A DNA stretch of 64,000 nucleotides from Eledone cirrhosa (taxonomy: Eukaryota), in NCBI GenBank assembly GCA_964016885.1, contig OZ024744.1:12152001-12216000 (forward strand). The letters are read 5' to 3'. The notes beneath the pieces are model-generated. The model saw only the letters and a list, made by a program, of their open reading frames with translations. It made no database searches and was not told where the DNA came from. Positions 29,554-43,989 of the stretch are shown piece by piece (the first letter of the stretch is position 1; the number at the start of each line of letters is the position of its first letter). The position numbers and the translations under genes were made by a program.

Positions 29554-32500
29554 CACATTCTATTTCACCATCTAATGACGGTCTATAACATAAAACATCT
29601 ATTTGTCCATCTAATGACGGTCTATAACATAAAACATGCTAAGTGACCATCTAATGACAGTCTATAACATAAAACATTCTATTTGTCCATCTAATGACTG
29701 TCTATAACATGAAACATTCTATTTGTCCATCTAATGACGGTCTATAACATAAAACATTCTATTTGTCCATCTAATGACGGTCTATTACATAAAACATACT
29801 ATTTGACCATCTAATCACTGTCTATAACATAAAACATTCTATTTGACCATCTAATGACTGTCTATAACATAACACATTCTATTTCACCATCTAATGACGG
29901 TCTATAACTGAAAACATCTATTTGTCCATCTAATGACGGTCTATAACATAAAACATTCTATGTGACCATCTAATGACAGTCTATAAAGTAAAACATTCTA
30001 TTTGAATATCTAATGACTGTCTATAACATAAAACATTCTATGTGACCATCAAATGACTGTCTATAACATAAAACATTCTATTTGACCATCTAATGACTGT
30101 CTATAACATGAAACATTCTATTTGTACATCTAATGACGGTCTATAACATACAACATTTTATTTGACCATATTATGACTGTCTATAACTTAAAACATTCTA
30201 TGTGACCATCTAATGACAGTCTATAACATAAAACATTCTATGTGACCATCTAATGACTGTCTATAACATAAAACATTCCATTTGTCTATCTAATGAAGGT
30301 CTATAACATAAAACATTCTATTCGACCATATAATGACTGTCTATAACATAAAACATTCTATGTGACAATCTAATCACTGTCTATAACATAAAACATTCTT
30401 TTTATCCGTCTAATGAGGTCTATAACATAAAACATTCTATTTGTCTATCTAATGACGGTCTATAACATTAAACATTCTATATCACCATCTAATGACTGTT
30501 TATAACATAAAACATTTTATGTGACAATCTAATGACAGTCTATAACATAAAACATTCTATTTGACCATCAAATGACTGTCTATAACATACAACATTCTAC
30601 TTGACCATATAATGACTGTCTATAACATAAAACATTCTATGTGACCATCTAATTACGGTCTATAACATAAAACATTCTATTTGTCCATCTAATGACGGTC
30701 TATGACATACAACATTCTATTTGACCATATAATGACGACTGTCTATAACATAAAACATTCTATGTGACCATCTAATGACGGTCTATAACAGAAAACATTC
30801 TATTTGACCATCTAATGACTGTCTATAACATAAAACATTCTATTTGTCCATCTAATGAGGTCTATAATATAAAACATTCTATTCGACCATATAATGACTG
30901 TCTATAACATAAAACATTCTATGTGACAATCTAATGACTGTCTATAACATAAAACATTCTTTTTATCCGTCTAATGAAGTCTATAACATAAAACATTCTA
31001 TGTTACCATATAATGACTGTCTATAACATAAAACATTCTATTTTACCATCTAATGACTGTCTATAACATAAAACATGCTATTTGACCATCTAATGACTGT
31101 CTATAACATAACACATTCTATTTCACCATCTAATGACTGTCTATAACATAAAACATTCTATTTGACCATCTAATGACTGTCTATGACATAAAACATTCTA
31201 TTTGACCATCTAATGACTGTCTATAACATAAAACATTCTATTTGACTATCTAATGAGTGTCTATAACATAAAACATTCTACTTGACCATCTAATGACTCT
31301 CTATAACGTAAAACATTCTATGTGACCATCTAATGACTGTCTATAACATAAAAGATTCTATGTGACCATCTAATGACTGTCTATAACATAAAACATTCTA
31401 TTTGTCCATCTAATGACTGTCTATAACATACAACATTCTATTTGTCCCTCTTATGACGGTCTATAACATAAAACATTCTATTTGACCATATAATGACTGT
31501 CTATAACATAAAACATTGTATGTGACCATCTAATGACGGTCTATAACAGAAAACATTCTATTTGACCATCTAATGACTGTCTATAACATAAAACATTCTA
31601 TTTTACCATCTAATGACTGTCTATAACATAGAACATTCTATGTGACCATCTAATGACAGTCTATAACATGAAACATTCTATTTGACCATCAAATGGCTGT
31701 CTATAACATAAAACATTCTATTTGACCATCTAATGACTGTCTATAACATAACACATTCTATTTCACCATCTAATGACGGTCTATAACATAAAACATCTAT
31801 TTGTCCATCTAATGACGGTCTATAACATAAAACATTCTAAGTGACCATCTAATGACAGTCTATAACATAAAACATTCTATTTGTCCATCTAATGACTGTC
31901 TATATCATGAAACATTCTATTTGTCCATCTAATGACGGTCTATAACATAAAACATTCTATTTGTCCATCTAATGACGGTCTATTACATAAAACATACTAT
32001 TTGACCATCTAATCACTGTCTATAACATAAAACATTCTATTTGTCCATCTAATGACGGTCTATAACATAAAACATTCTATTTGACAATCTAATAACTGTC
32101 TATAACACAGAACATTCTATTTGACCATCTAATGACTGTCTATAACATAACAGATTCTATTTCACCATCTAATGACTGACTAGAACGTAAAACATTCTTT
32201 TTAACCATCTAATGACGGTATATAGCATAAAACATTCTATCTGACCATCTAATGACTGTCTATAACATAAAACATTCTATTTGTCCATCTAATGACTGTC
32301 TATAAGATAAAACATTCTATTTGTCTATCTAATGACGGTCTATAAGATAAAACATTCTATTTGTCCATCTAATGACGGTCTATAACATAAAACATTCTAT
32401 TTGACCATCTAATGGCAGTCTATAACATAAAATATTCTATTTGACCATCTAATGACGGTCTATAGCATAAAAAATTCTATTTGACCATCTAATGGCTCTC

Positions 32501-35500
32501 TGTAACATAAAACATTTATTTGTCCATCTAATGACGGTCTATAACATAAAATATTCTATTTGACCATCTAATCACTATCTATAACATAAAACATTCTATT
32601 TGTCCATCTATAACGGTCTATAACATAAAACATTCTATTTCACCATCTAATGACTGTCTATAACATAAAACATTCTATGTGACCATCTAATTACTGTCTA
32701 TAACATACAACATTCTATTTTACCATCTAATGACGGTCTATAACATAAAACCTTCTATTTAACCATCTAATGACTGTCTATAACATAAAACATTCTATTT
32801 GTCCATCTAATGACTGTCTATAACATAAAACATTCTATTTGTCCATCTAATGACGGCTATAACATAAAACATTCTATTTGTCCATATAACGACTGTCTAT
32901 AACATAAAACATTCTATCTGACCATCTAATGACTGTCTATAACATAAAACATTATATTTGTCAATCTAATGACGGTCTATAACATTAAACATTCTATTTT
33001 ACCATGTAATGACTGTCTATAACATAAAACATTCTATTTGACAATCTAATGACTGTCTATAACATAAAACATTCTATTTGACTATCTAATGACTGTCTAT
33101 AATATAAAACATTCTATTTGACAATCTAATAACTGTCTATAACACAGAACATTCTATTTGACCATCTAATGACTGTCTATAACATAACAGATTCTATTTC
33201 ACCATCTAATGACTGACTAGAACGTAAAACATTCTTTTTAACCATCTAATGACGGTATATAGCATAAAAGATTCTATCTGACCATCTAATGACTGTCTAT
33301 AACATAAAACATTCTATTTGTCCATCTAATGACTGTCTATAAGATAAAACATTCTATTTGTCTATCTAATGACGGTCTATAACATAAAACATTCTATTTG
33401 ACAATCTAATAACTGTCTATAACACAGAACATTCTATTTGACCATCTAATGACTGTCTATAACATAACAGATTCTATTTCACCATCTAATGACTGACTAG
33501 AACGTAAAACATTCTTTTTAACCATCTAATGACGGTATATAGCATAAATCATTCTATCTGACCATCTAATGACTGTCTATAACATAAAACATTCTATTTG
33601 TCCATCTAATGACTGTCTATAAGATAAAACATTCTATTTGTCTATCTAGTGACGGTCTATAACATAACACATTATATTTGTCCATCTAATGACGGTCTAT
33701 AACATAAAACATTCTATGTGACCATCTAATGACTGTCTATAACATAAAACATTCTATGTGACCATTTAATGACAGTCTATAACATAAAACATTCTATTTG
33801 ACCATCAAATTACTGTCTATAACATAAAACATTCTATCTGAGCATCTAATGACTGTCTATAACATAAAACATTCTATGTGACCATCTAATCACTGTCTAT
33901 AACATAACACATTCTATTTCACCATCTAATGACGGTCTATAACTGAAAACATCTATTTGTCCATCTAATGACGGTCTATAACATAAAACATTCTATGTGA
34001 CCATCTAATGACAGTCTATAAAGTAAAACATTCTATTTGAATATCTAATGACTGTCTATAACATAAAACATTCTATGTGACCATCAAATGACTGTCTATA
34101 ACATAAAACATTCTATTTGACCATCTAATGACTGTCTATAACATGAAACATTCTATTTGTCCATCTAATGACGGTCAATAACATAAAACATTCTATTTGT
34201 CCATCTAATGACGGTCTATAACATACAACATTTTATTTGACCATATTATGACTGTCTATAACATAAAACATTCTATGTGACCATCTAATGACGGTCTATA
34301 ACATAAAACATTCTATGTGACCATCAAATGACTGTCTATAACATAAAACATTCTATTTGTCTATCTAATGACGGTCTATAACATAAAACATTCTATTTGA
34401 CCATATAATGACTGTCTATAACATAAAACATTCTATGTGACAATCTAATCACTGTCTATAACATAAAACATTCTTTTTATCCGTCTAATGAAGTCTATAA
34501 CATAAAACATTCTATTTGTCTATCTAATGACGGTCTATAACATAAAACATTCTATTTGACCATCTAATGACTGTCTATAACATAACACATTCTATTTCAC
34601 CATCTAATGACGGTCTATAACATAAAACATCTATTTGTCCATCTAATGACGGTCTATAACATAAAACATGCTAAGTGACCATCTAATGACAGTCTATAAC
34701 ATAAAACATTCTATTTGTCCATCTAATGACTGTCTATAACATGAAACATTCTATTTGTCCATCTAATGACGGTCTATAACATAAAACATTCTATTTGTCC
34801 ATCTAATGACGGTCTATTACATAAAACATACTATTTGACCATCTAATCACTGTCTATAACATAAAACATTCTATTTGACCATCTAATGACTGTCTATAAC
34901 ATAACACATTCTATTTCACCATCTAATGACGGTCTATAACTGAAAACATCTATTTGTCCATCTAATGACGGTCTATAACATAAAACATTCTATGTGACCA
35001 TCTAATGACAGTCTATAAAGTAAAACATTCTATTTGAATATCTAATGACTGTCTATAACATAAAACATTCTATGTGACCATCAAATGACTGTCTATAACA
35101 TAAAACATTCTATTTGACCATCTAATGACTGTCTATAACATGAAACATTCTATTTGTACATCTAATGACGGTCTATAACATACAACATTTTATTTGACCA
35201 TATTATGACTGTCTATAACTTAAAACATTCTATGTGACCATCTAATGACAGTCTATAACATAAAACATTCTATGTGACCATCTAATGACTGTCTATAACA
35301 TAAAACATTCCATTTGTCTATCTAATGAAGGTCTATAACATAAAACATTCTATTCGACCATATAATGACTGTCTATAACATAAAACATTCTATGTGACAA
35401 TCTAATCACTGTCTATAACATAAAACATTCTTTTTATCCGTCTAATGAGGTCTATAACATAAAACATTCTATTTGTCTATCTAATGACGGTCTATAACAT

Positions 35501-38154
35501 TAAACATTCTATATCACCATCTAATGACTGTTTATAACATAAAACATTTTATGTGACAATCTAATGACAGTCTATAACATAAAACATTCTATTTGACCAT
35601 CAAATGACTGTCTATAACATACAACATTCTACTTGACCATATAATGACTGTCTATAACATAAAACATTCTATGTGACCATCTAATTACGGTCTATAACAT
35701 AAAACATTCTATTTGTCCATCTAATGACGGTCTATGACATACAACATTCTATTTGACCATATAATGACGACTGTCTATAACATAAAACATTCTATGTGAC
35801 CATCTAATGACGGTCTATAACAGAAAACATTCTATTTGACCATCTAATGACTGTCTATAACATAAAACATTCTATTTGTCCATCTAATGAGGTCTATAAT
35901 ATAAAACATTCTATTCGACCATATAATGACTGTCTATAACATAAAACATTCTATGTGACAATCTAATGACTGTCTATAACATAAAACATTCTTTTTATCC
36001 GTCTAATGAAGTCTATAACATAAAACATTCTATGTTACCATATAATGACTGTCTATAACATAAAACATTCTATTTTACCATCTAATGACTGTCTATAACA
36101 TAAAACATGCTATTTGACCATCTAATGACTGTCTATAACATAACACATTCTATTTCACCATCTAATGACTGTCTATAACATAAAACATTCTATTTGACCA
36201 TCTAATGACTGTCTATGACATAAAACATTCTATTTGACCATCTAATGACTGTCTATAACATAAAACATTCTATTTGACTATCTAATGAGTGTCTATAACA
36301 TAAAACATTCTACTTGACCATCTAATGACTCTCTATAACGTAAAACATTCTATGTGACCATCTAATGACTGTCTATAACATAAAAGATTCTATGTGACCA
36401 TCTAATGACTGTCTATAACATAAAACATTCTATTTGTCCATCTAATGACTGTCTATAACATACAACATTCTATTTGTCCCTCTTATGACGGTCTATAACA
36501 TAAAACATTCTATTTGACCATATAATGACTGTCTATAACATAAAACATTGTATGTGACCATCTAATGACGGTCTATAACATAAAACATTCTATTTGACCA
36601 TCTAATGACTGTCTATAACATAAAACATTCTATTTTACCATCTAATGACTGTCTATAACATAGAACATTCTATGTGACCATCTAATGACAGTCTATAACA
36701 TGAAACATTCTATTTGACCATCAAATGGCTGTCTATAACATAAAACATTCTATTTGACCATCTAATGACTGTCTATAACATAACACATTCTATTTCACCA
36801 TCTAATGACGGTCTATAACATAAAACATCTATTTGTCCATCTAATGACGGTCTATAACATAAAACATTCTAAGTGACCATCTAATGACAGTCTATAACAT
36901 AAAACATTCTATTTGTCCATCTAATGACTGTCTATATCATGAAACATTCTATTTGTCCATCTAATGACGGTCTATAACATAAAACATTCTATTTGTCCAT
37001 CTAATGACGGTCTATTACATAAAACATACTATTTGACCATCTAATCACTGTCTATAACATAAAACATTCTATTTGTCCATCTAATGACGGTCTATAACAT
37101 AAAACATTCTATTTGACAATCTAATAACTGTCTATAACACAGAACATTCTATTTGACCATCTAATGACTGTCTATAACATAACAGATTCTATTTCACCAT
37201 CTAATGACTGACTAGAACGTAAAACATTCTTTTTAACCATCTAATGACGGTATATAGCATAAAACATTCTATCTGACCATCTAATGACTGTCTATAACAT
37301 AAAACATTCTATTTGTCCATCTAATGACTGTCTATAAGATAAAACATTCTATTTGTCTATCTAATGACGGTCTATAAGATAAAACATTCTATTTGTCCAT
37401 CTAATGACGGTCTATAACATAAAACATTCTATTTGACCATCTAATGGCAGTCTATAACATAAAATATTCTATTTGACCATCTAATGACGGTCTATAGCAT
37501 AAAAAATTCTATTTGACCATCTAATGGCTCTCTGTAACATAAAACATTTATTTGTCCATCTAATGACGGTCTATAACATAAAATATTCTATTTGACCATC
37601 TAATCACTATCTATAACATAAAACATTCTATTTGTCCATCTATAACGGTCTATAACATAAAACATTCTATTTCACCATCTAATGACTGTCTATAACATAA
37701 AACATTCTATGTGACCATCTAATTACTGTCTATAACATACAACATTCTATTTTACCATCTAATGACGGTCTATAACATAAAACCTTCTATTTAACCATCT
37801 AATGACTGTCTATAACATAAAACATTCTATTTGTCCATCTAATGACTGTCTATAACATAAAACATTCTATTTGTCCATCTAATGACGGCTATAACATAAA
37901 ACATTCTATTTGTCCATATAACGACTGTCTATAACATAAAACATTCTATCTGACCATCTAATGACTGTCTATAACATAAAACATTATATTTGTCAATCTA
38001 ATGACGGTCTATAACATTAAACATTCTATTTTACCATGTAATGACTGTCTATAACATAAAACATTCTATTTGACAATCTAATGACTGTCTATAACATAAA
38101 ACATTCTATTTGACTATCTAATGACTGTCTATAATATAAAACATTCTATTTGAC
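28072..38154. repeat. Near-perfect tandem duplication, period 5032 bp (126 monomers)
   Basis: Marker pairs GGTCAATAAC 29141/34173, CATGCTAAGTG 29635/34667, TAACGGTC 32611/37643 and AATCTAATAA 28091/33123 are all offset by 5032. Only a few substitutions were seen between the copies. Confidence 0.94.
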
Positions 38155-38299
38155 CATCTAATCACTATCTATAACATAAAACATTCTATTTGTCCATCTA
38201 ATGACGGTCTATAACATAAAACATTCTATTTCACCATCTAATGACTGTCTATAACATAAAACATTCTATTTGTCCATCTAATGACGGTCTATAAGATAA

Positions 38300-41200
38300 A
38301 ACATTCTATTTGTCCATCTAATGACGGTCTATAACATAAAACATTCTATTTGTCCATCTAATGACGGTCTATATCATACAACATTTTATTTGACCATATT
38401 ATGACTGTCTATAACATAAAACATTCTATGTGACCATCTAATGACGGTCTATAACATAAAACATTCTATGTGACCATCAAATGACTGTCTATAACATAAA
38501 ACATTCTATTTGTCTATCTAATGACGGTCTATAACATAAAACATTCTATTTGACCATATAATGACTGTCTATAACATAAAACATTCTATGTGACAATCTA
38601 ATCACTGTCTATAACATAAAACATTCTTTTTATCCGTCTAATGAAGTCTATAACATAAAACATTCTATTTGTCTATCTAATGACGGTCTATAACATAAAA
38701 CATTCTATTTGACCATCTAATGACTGTCTATAACATAACACATTCTATTTCACCATCTAATGACGGTCTATAACATAAAACATCTATTTGTCCATCTAAT
38801 GACGGTCTATAACATAAAACATTCTAAGTGACCATCTAATGACAGTCTATAACATAAAACATTCTATTTGTCCATCTAATGACTGTCTATAACATGAAAC
38901 ATTCTATTTGTCCATCTAATGACGGTCTATAACATAAAACATTCTATTTGTCCATCTAATGACGGTCTATTACATAAAACATACTATTTGACCATCTAAT
39001 CACTGTCTATAACATAAAACATTCTATTTGTCCATCTAATGACGGTCTTTAACATAAAACATTCTATTTGACAATCTAATAACTGTCTATAACACAGAAC
39101 ATTCTATTTGACCATCTAATGACTGTCTATAACATAACAGATTCTATTTCACCATCTAATGACTGACTAGAACGTAAAACATTCTTTTTAACCATCTAAT
39201 GACGGTATATAGCATAAAACATTCTATCTGACCATCTAATGACTGTCTATAACATAAAACATTCTATTTGTCCATCTAATGACTGTCTATAAGATAAAAC
39301 ATTTTATTTGTCCATCTAATGACGGTCTATAAGATAAAACATTCTATTTGTCCATCTAATGACGGTCTATAACATAAAACATTCTATTTGACCATCTAAT
39401 GACTGTCTATAACATAAAATATTCTATTTGACCATCTAATGACGGTCTATAGCATAAAGAATTCTATTTGACCATCTAATGACTCTCTGTAACATAAAAC
39501 ATTTATTTGTCCATCTAATGACGGTCTATAACATAAAACATTCTATTTGACCATATAATCACTATCTATAACATAAAACATTCTATTTGTCCATCTAATG
39601 ACGGTCTATAACATAAAACATTCTATTTCACCATCTAATGACGGTCTATAACATAAAACATTCTATTTGACTGTCTATAACATAAAATATTCTATTTGAC
39701 CATCTAATGACGGTCTATAACATAAAAAAATCTATTTGACCATCTAATGACTGTCTATAACATAAAACATTCTATTTGTCCATCTAATGACGGTCTATAA
39801 GATAACACATTATATTTGTCCATCTAATGACGGTCTATAGCATACAACATTCTATTTCACCATCTAATGACTGTCTATAACATAAAATATTCTATGTGAC
39901 CATCTAATGACTGTCTATGACATAAAACATCTATTTGTCCATCTAATGACTGTCTATAACATAAAACATTCTATTTGACCATCTAATGACGGTCTATAAC
40001 ATGAAACATTCTATTTGACCATCTAATGACTGTCTATAATATAACACATTCTATTTCACCATCTAATGACTGTCTAGAACGTAAAACATTCTATTTAACC
40101 ATCTAATGACGGTATATAACATAACACATTCTATTTAACCATCTAATGACGGTCTATAACACAAAACATTCTATTTGACCATCTAATGACTGTCTATAAC
40201 ATAAAATATTCTATTTGTCCATCTAATGACGGTCTAGAACATAACACATTATATTTGTCCATCTAATGACGGTCTATAACATAAAACATTCTATGTGACC
40301 ATCTAATGACTGTCTATAACATAAAATATTCTATTTGTCCATCTAATGACGGTCTAGAACATAACACATTATATTTGTCCATCTAATGACGGTCTATAAC
40401 ATAAAACATTCTATGTGACCATCTAATGACTGTCTATAACATAAAACATTCTATGTGACCATCTAATGACAGTCTATAACATAAAACATTCTATTTGACC
40501 ATCAAATTACTCTCTATAACATAAAACATTCTATCTGAGCATCTAATGACTGTCTATAACATAAAACATTCTATGTGACCATCTAATCACTGTCTATAAC
40601 ATAAAACATTCTATTTGACCATCTAATGACTGTCTATAACATAACACATTCTATTTCACCATCTAATGACGGTCTATAACTGAAAACATCTATTTGTCCA
40701 TCTAATGACGGTCTATAACATAAAACATTCTATGTGACCATCTAATGACAGTCTATAAAGTAAAACGTTCTATTTGAATATCTAATGACTGTCTATAACA
40801 TAAAACATTCTATGTGACCATCAAATGACTGTCTATAACATAAAACATTCTATTTGACCATCTAATGACTGTCTATAACATGAAACATTCTATTTGTACA
40901 TCTAATGACGGTCTATAACATACAACATTTTATTTGACCATATTATGACTGTCTATAATATAAAACATTCTATGTGACCATCTAATGACGGTCTATAACG
41001 TAAAACATTCTATGTGACCATCTAATGACTGTCTATAACATAAAACATTCTTTTTATCCGTCTAATGAAGTCTATAACATAAAACATTCTATTTGTCTAT
41101 CTAATGACGGTCTATAACATAAAACATTCTATTTGTCCATCTAATGACGGTCTATAACATACAACATTTTATTTGACCATATTATGACTGTCTATAACAT

Positions 41201-43700
41201 AAAACATTCTATGTGACCATCTAATGACGGTCTATAACATAAAACATTCTATGTGACCATCAAATGACTGTCTATAACATAAAACATTCTATTTGTCTAT
41301 CTAATGACGGTCTATAACATAAAAATTTCTATTTGACCATATAATGACTGTCTATAACATAAAACATTCTATGTGACAATCTAATCACTGTCTATAACAT
41401 AAAACATTCTTTTTATCCGTCTAATGAAGTCTATAACATAAAACATTCTATTTGTCTATCTAATGACGGTCTATAACATAAAACATTCTATTTGACCATC
41501 TAATGACTGTCTATAACATAACACATTCTATTTCACCATCTAATGACGGTCTATAACATAAAACATCTATTTGTCCATCTAATGACGGTCTATAACATAA
41601 AACATTCTAAGTGACCATCTAATGACAGTCTATAACATAAAACATTCTATTTGTCCATCTAATGACTGTCTATAACATGAAACATTCTATTTGTCCATCT
41701 AATGACGGTCTATAACATAAAACATTCTATTTGTCCATCTAATGACGGTCTATTACATAAAACATACTATTTGACCATCTAATCACTGTCTATAACATAA
41801 AACATTCTATTTGTCCATCTAATGACGGTCTTTAACATAAAACATTCTATTTGACAATCTAATAACTGTCTATAACACAGAACATTCTATTTGACCATCT
41901 AATGACTGTCTATAACATAACAGATTCTATTTCACCATCTAATGACTGACTAGAACGTAAAACATTCTTTTTAACCATCTAATGACGGTATATAGCATAA
42001 AACATTCTATCTGACCATCTAATGACTGTCTATAACATAAAACATTCTATTTGTCCATCTAATGACTGTCTATAAGATAAAACATTTTATTTGTCCATCT
42101 AATGACGGTCTATAAGATAAAACATTCTATTTGTCCATCTAATGACGGTCTATAACATAAAACATTCTATTTGACCATCTAATGACTGTCTATAACATAA
42201 AATATTCTATTTGACCATCTAATGACGGTCTATAGCATAAAAAATTCTATTAGACCATCTAATGACTCTCTGTAACATAAAACATTTATTTGTCCATCTA
42301 ATGACGGTCTATAACATAAAACATTCTATTTGACCATATAATCACTATCTATAACATAAAACATTCTATTTGTCCATCTAATGACGGTCTATAACATAAA
42401 ACATTCTATTTCACCATCTAATGACTGTCTATAACATAAAACATTCTATTTGTCCATCTAATGACGGTCTATAAGATAACACATTATATTTGTCCATCTA
42501 ATGACGGTCTATAGCATACAACATTCTATTTCACCATCTGATGACTGTCTATAACATAAAATATTCTATGTGACCATCTAATGACTGTCTATGACATAAA
42601 CCATCTATTTGTCCATCTAATGACTGTCTATAACATAAAACATTCTATTTGACCATCTAATGACGGTCTATAACATGAAACATTCTATTTGACCATCTAA
42701 TGACTGTCTATAATATAACACATTCTATTTCACCATCTAATGACTGTCTAGAACGTACAACATTCTATTTAACCATCTAATGACGGTATATAACATAACA
42801 CATTCTATTTAACCATCTAATGACGGTCTATAACACAAAACATTCTATTTGACCATCTAATGACTGTCTATATCATAAAACATTCTATTTGTCCATCTAA
42901 TGACTCTCTATAACATAAAAGATTCTATTTGACCATCTAATGACTCTCTATAACATAAAACATTCTATGTGACCATCTAATGACTGTCTATAACATAAAA
43001 CATTCTATTTGTCCATCTAATGACGGTCTATAACATAACACATTATATTTGTCCATCTAATGACGGTCTATAACATAAAACATTCTATGTGACCATCTAA
43101 TGACTGTCTATAACATAAAACATTCTATGTGACCATCTAATGACAGTCTACAACATAAAACATTCTATTTGACCATCAAATTACTCTCTATAACATAAAA
43201 CATTCTATCTGAGCATCTAATGACTGTCTATAACATAAAACATTCTATGTGACCATCTAATCACTGTCTATAACATAAAACATTCTATTTGACCATCTAA
43301 TGACTGTCTATAACATAACACATTCTATTTCACCATCTAATGACGGTCTATAACTGAAAACATCTATTTGTCCATCTAATGACGGTCTATAACATAAAAC
43401 ATTCTATGTGACCATCTAACGACAGTCTATAAAGTAAAACGTTCTATTTGAATATCTAATGACTGTCTATAACATAAAACATTCTATGTGACCATCAAAT
43501 GACTGTCTATAACATAAAACATTCTATTTGACCATCTAATGACTGTCTATAACATGAAACATTCTATTTGTACATCTAATGACGGTCTATAACATACAAC
43601 ATTTTATTTGACCATATTATGACTGTCTATAACATAAAACATTCTATGTGACCATCTAATGACGGTCTATAACATAAAACATTCTATGTGACCATCTAAT
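38300..43700. repeat. Imperfect tandem duplication, period 2783 bp then 2674 bp
   Basis: GACGGTCTTT 39041/41824 gives an offset of 2783. GGTCTATAGCATACAAC 39832/42506 and AGTAAAACGTTC 40759/43433 give 2674. The 109-bp change equals one 29-bp monomer plus two full monomers absent from the second copy. Confidence 0.82.
40181..40440. repeat. Local 3-monomer (120 bp) tandem duplication
   Basis: Lines 40201-40320 and 40321-40440 are identical, including GGTCTAGAACATAACACATTATA. Confidence 0.9.
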
Positions 43701-43989
43701 GACTGTCTATAACATAAAACATTCTATTCGACCATATAATGACTGTCTATAACATAAAACATTCTATGTGACAATCTAATCACTGTCTATAACATAAAAC
43801 ATTCTTTTTATCCGTCTAATGAAGTCTATAACATAAAACATTCTATTTGTCTATCTAATGACGGTCTATAACATTAAACATTCTATTTCACCATCTAATT
43901 ACTGTTTATAACATAAAACATTTTATGTGACAATCTAATGACAGTCTATAACATAAAACATTCTATTTGACCATCAAATGACTGTCTAT

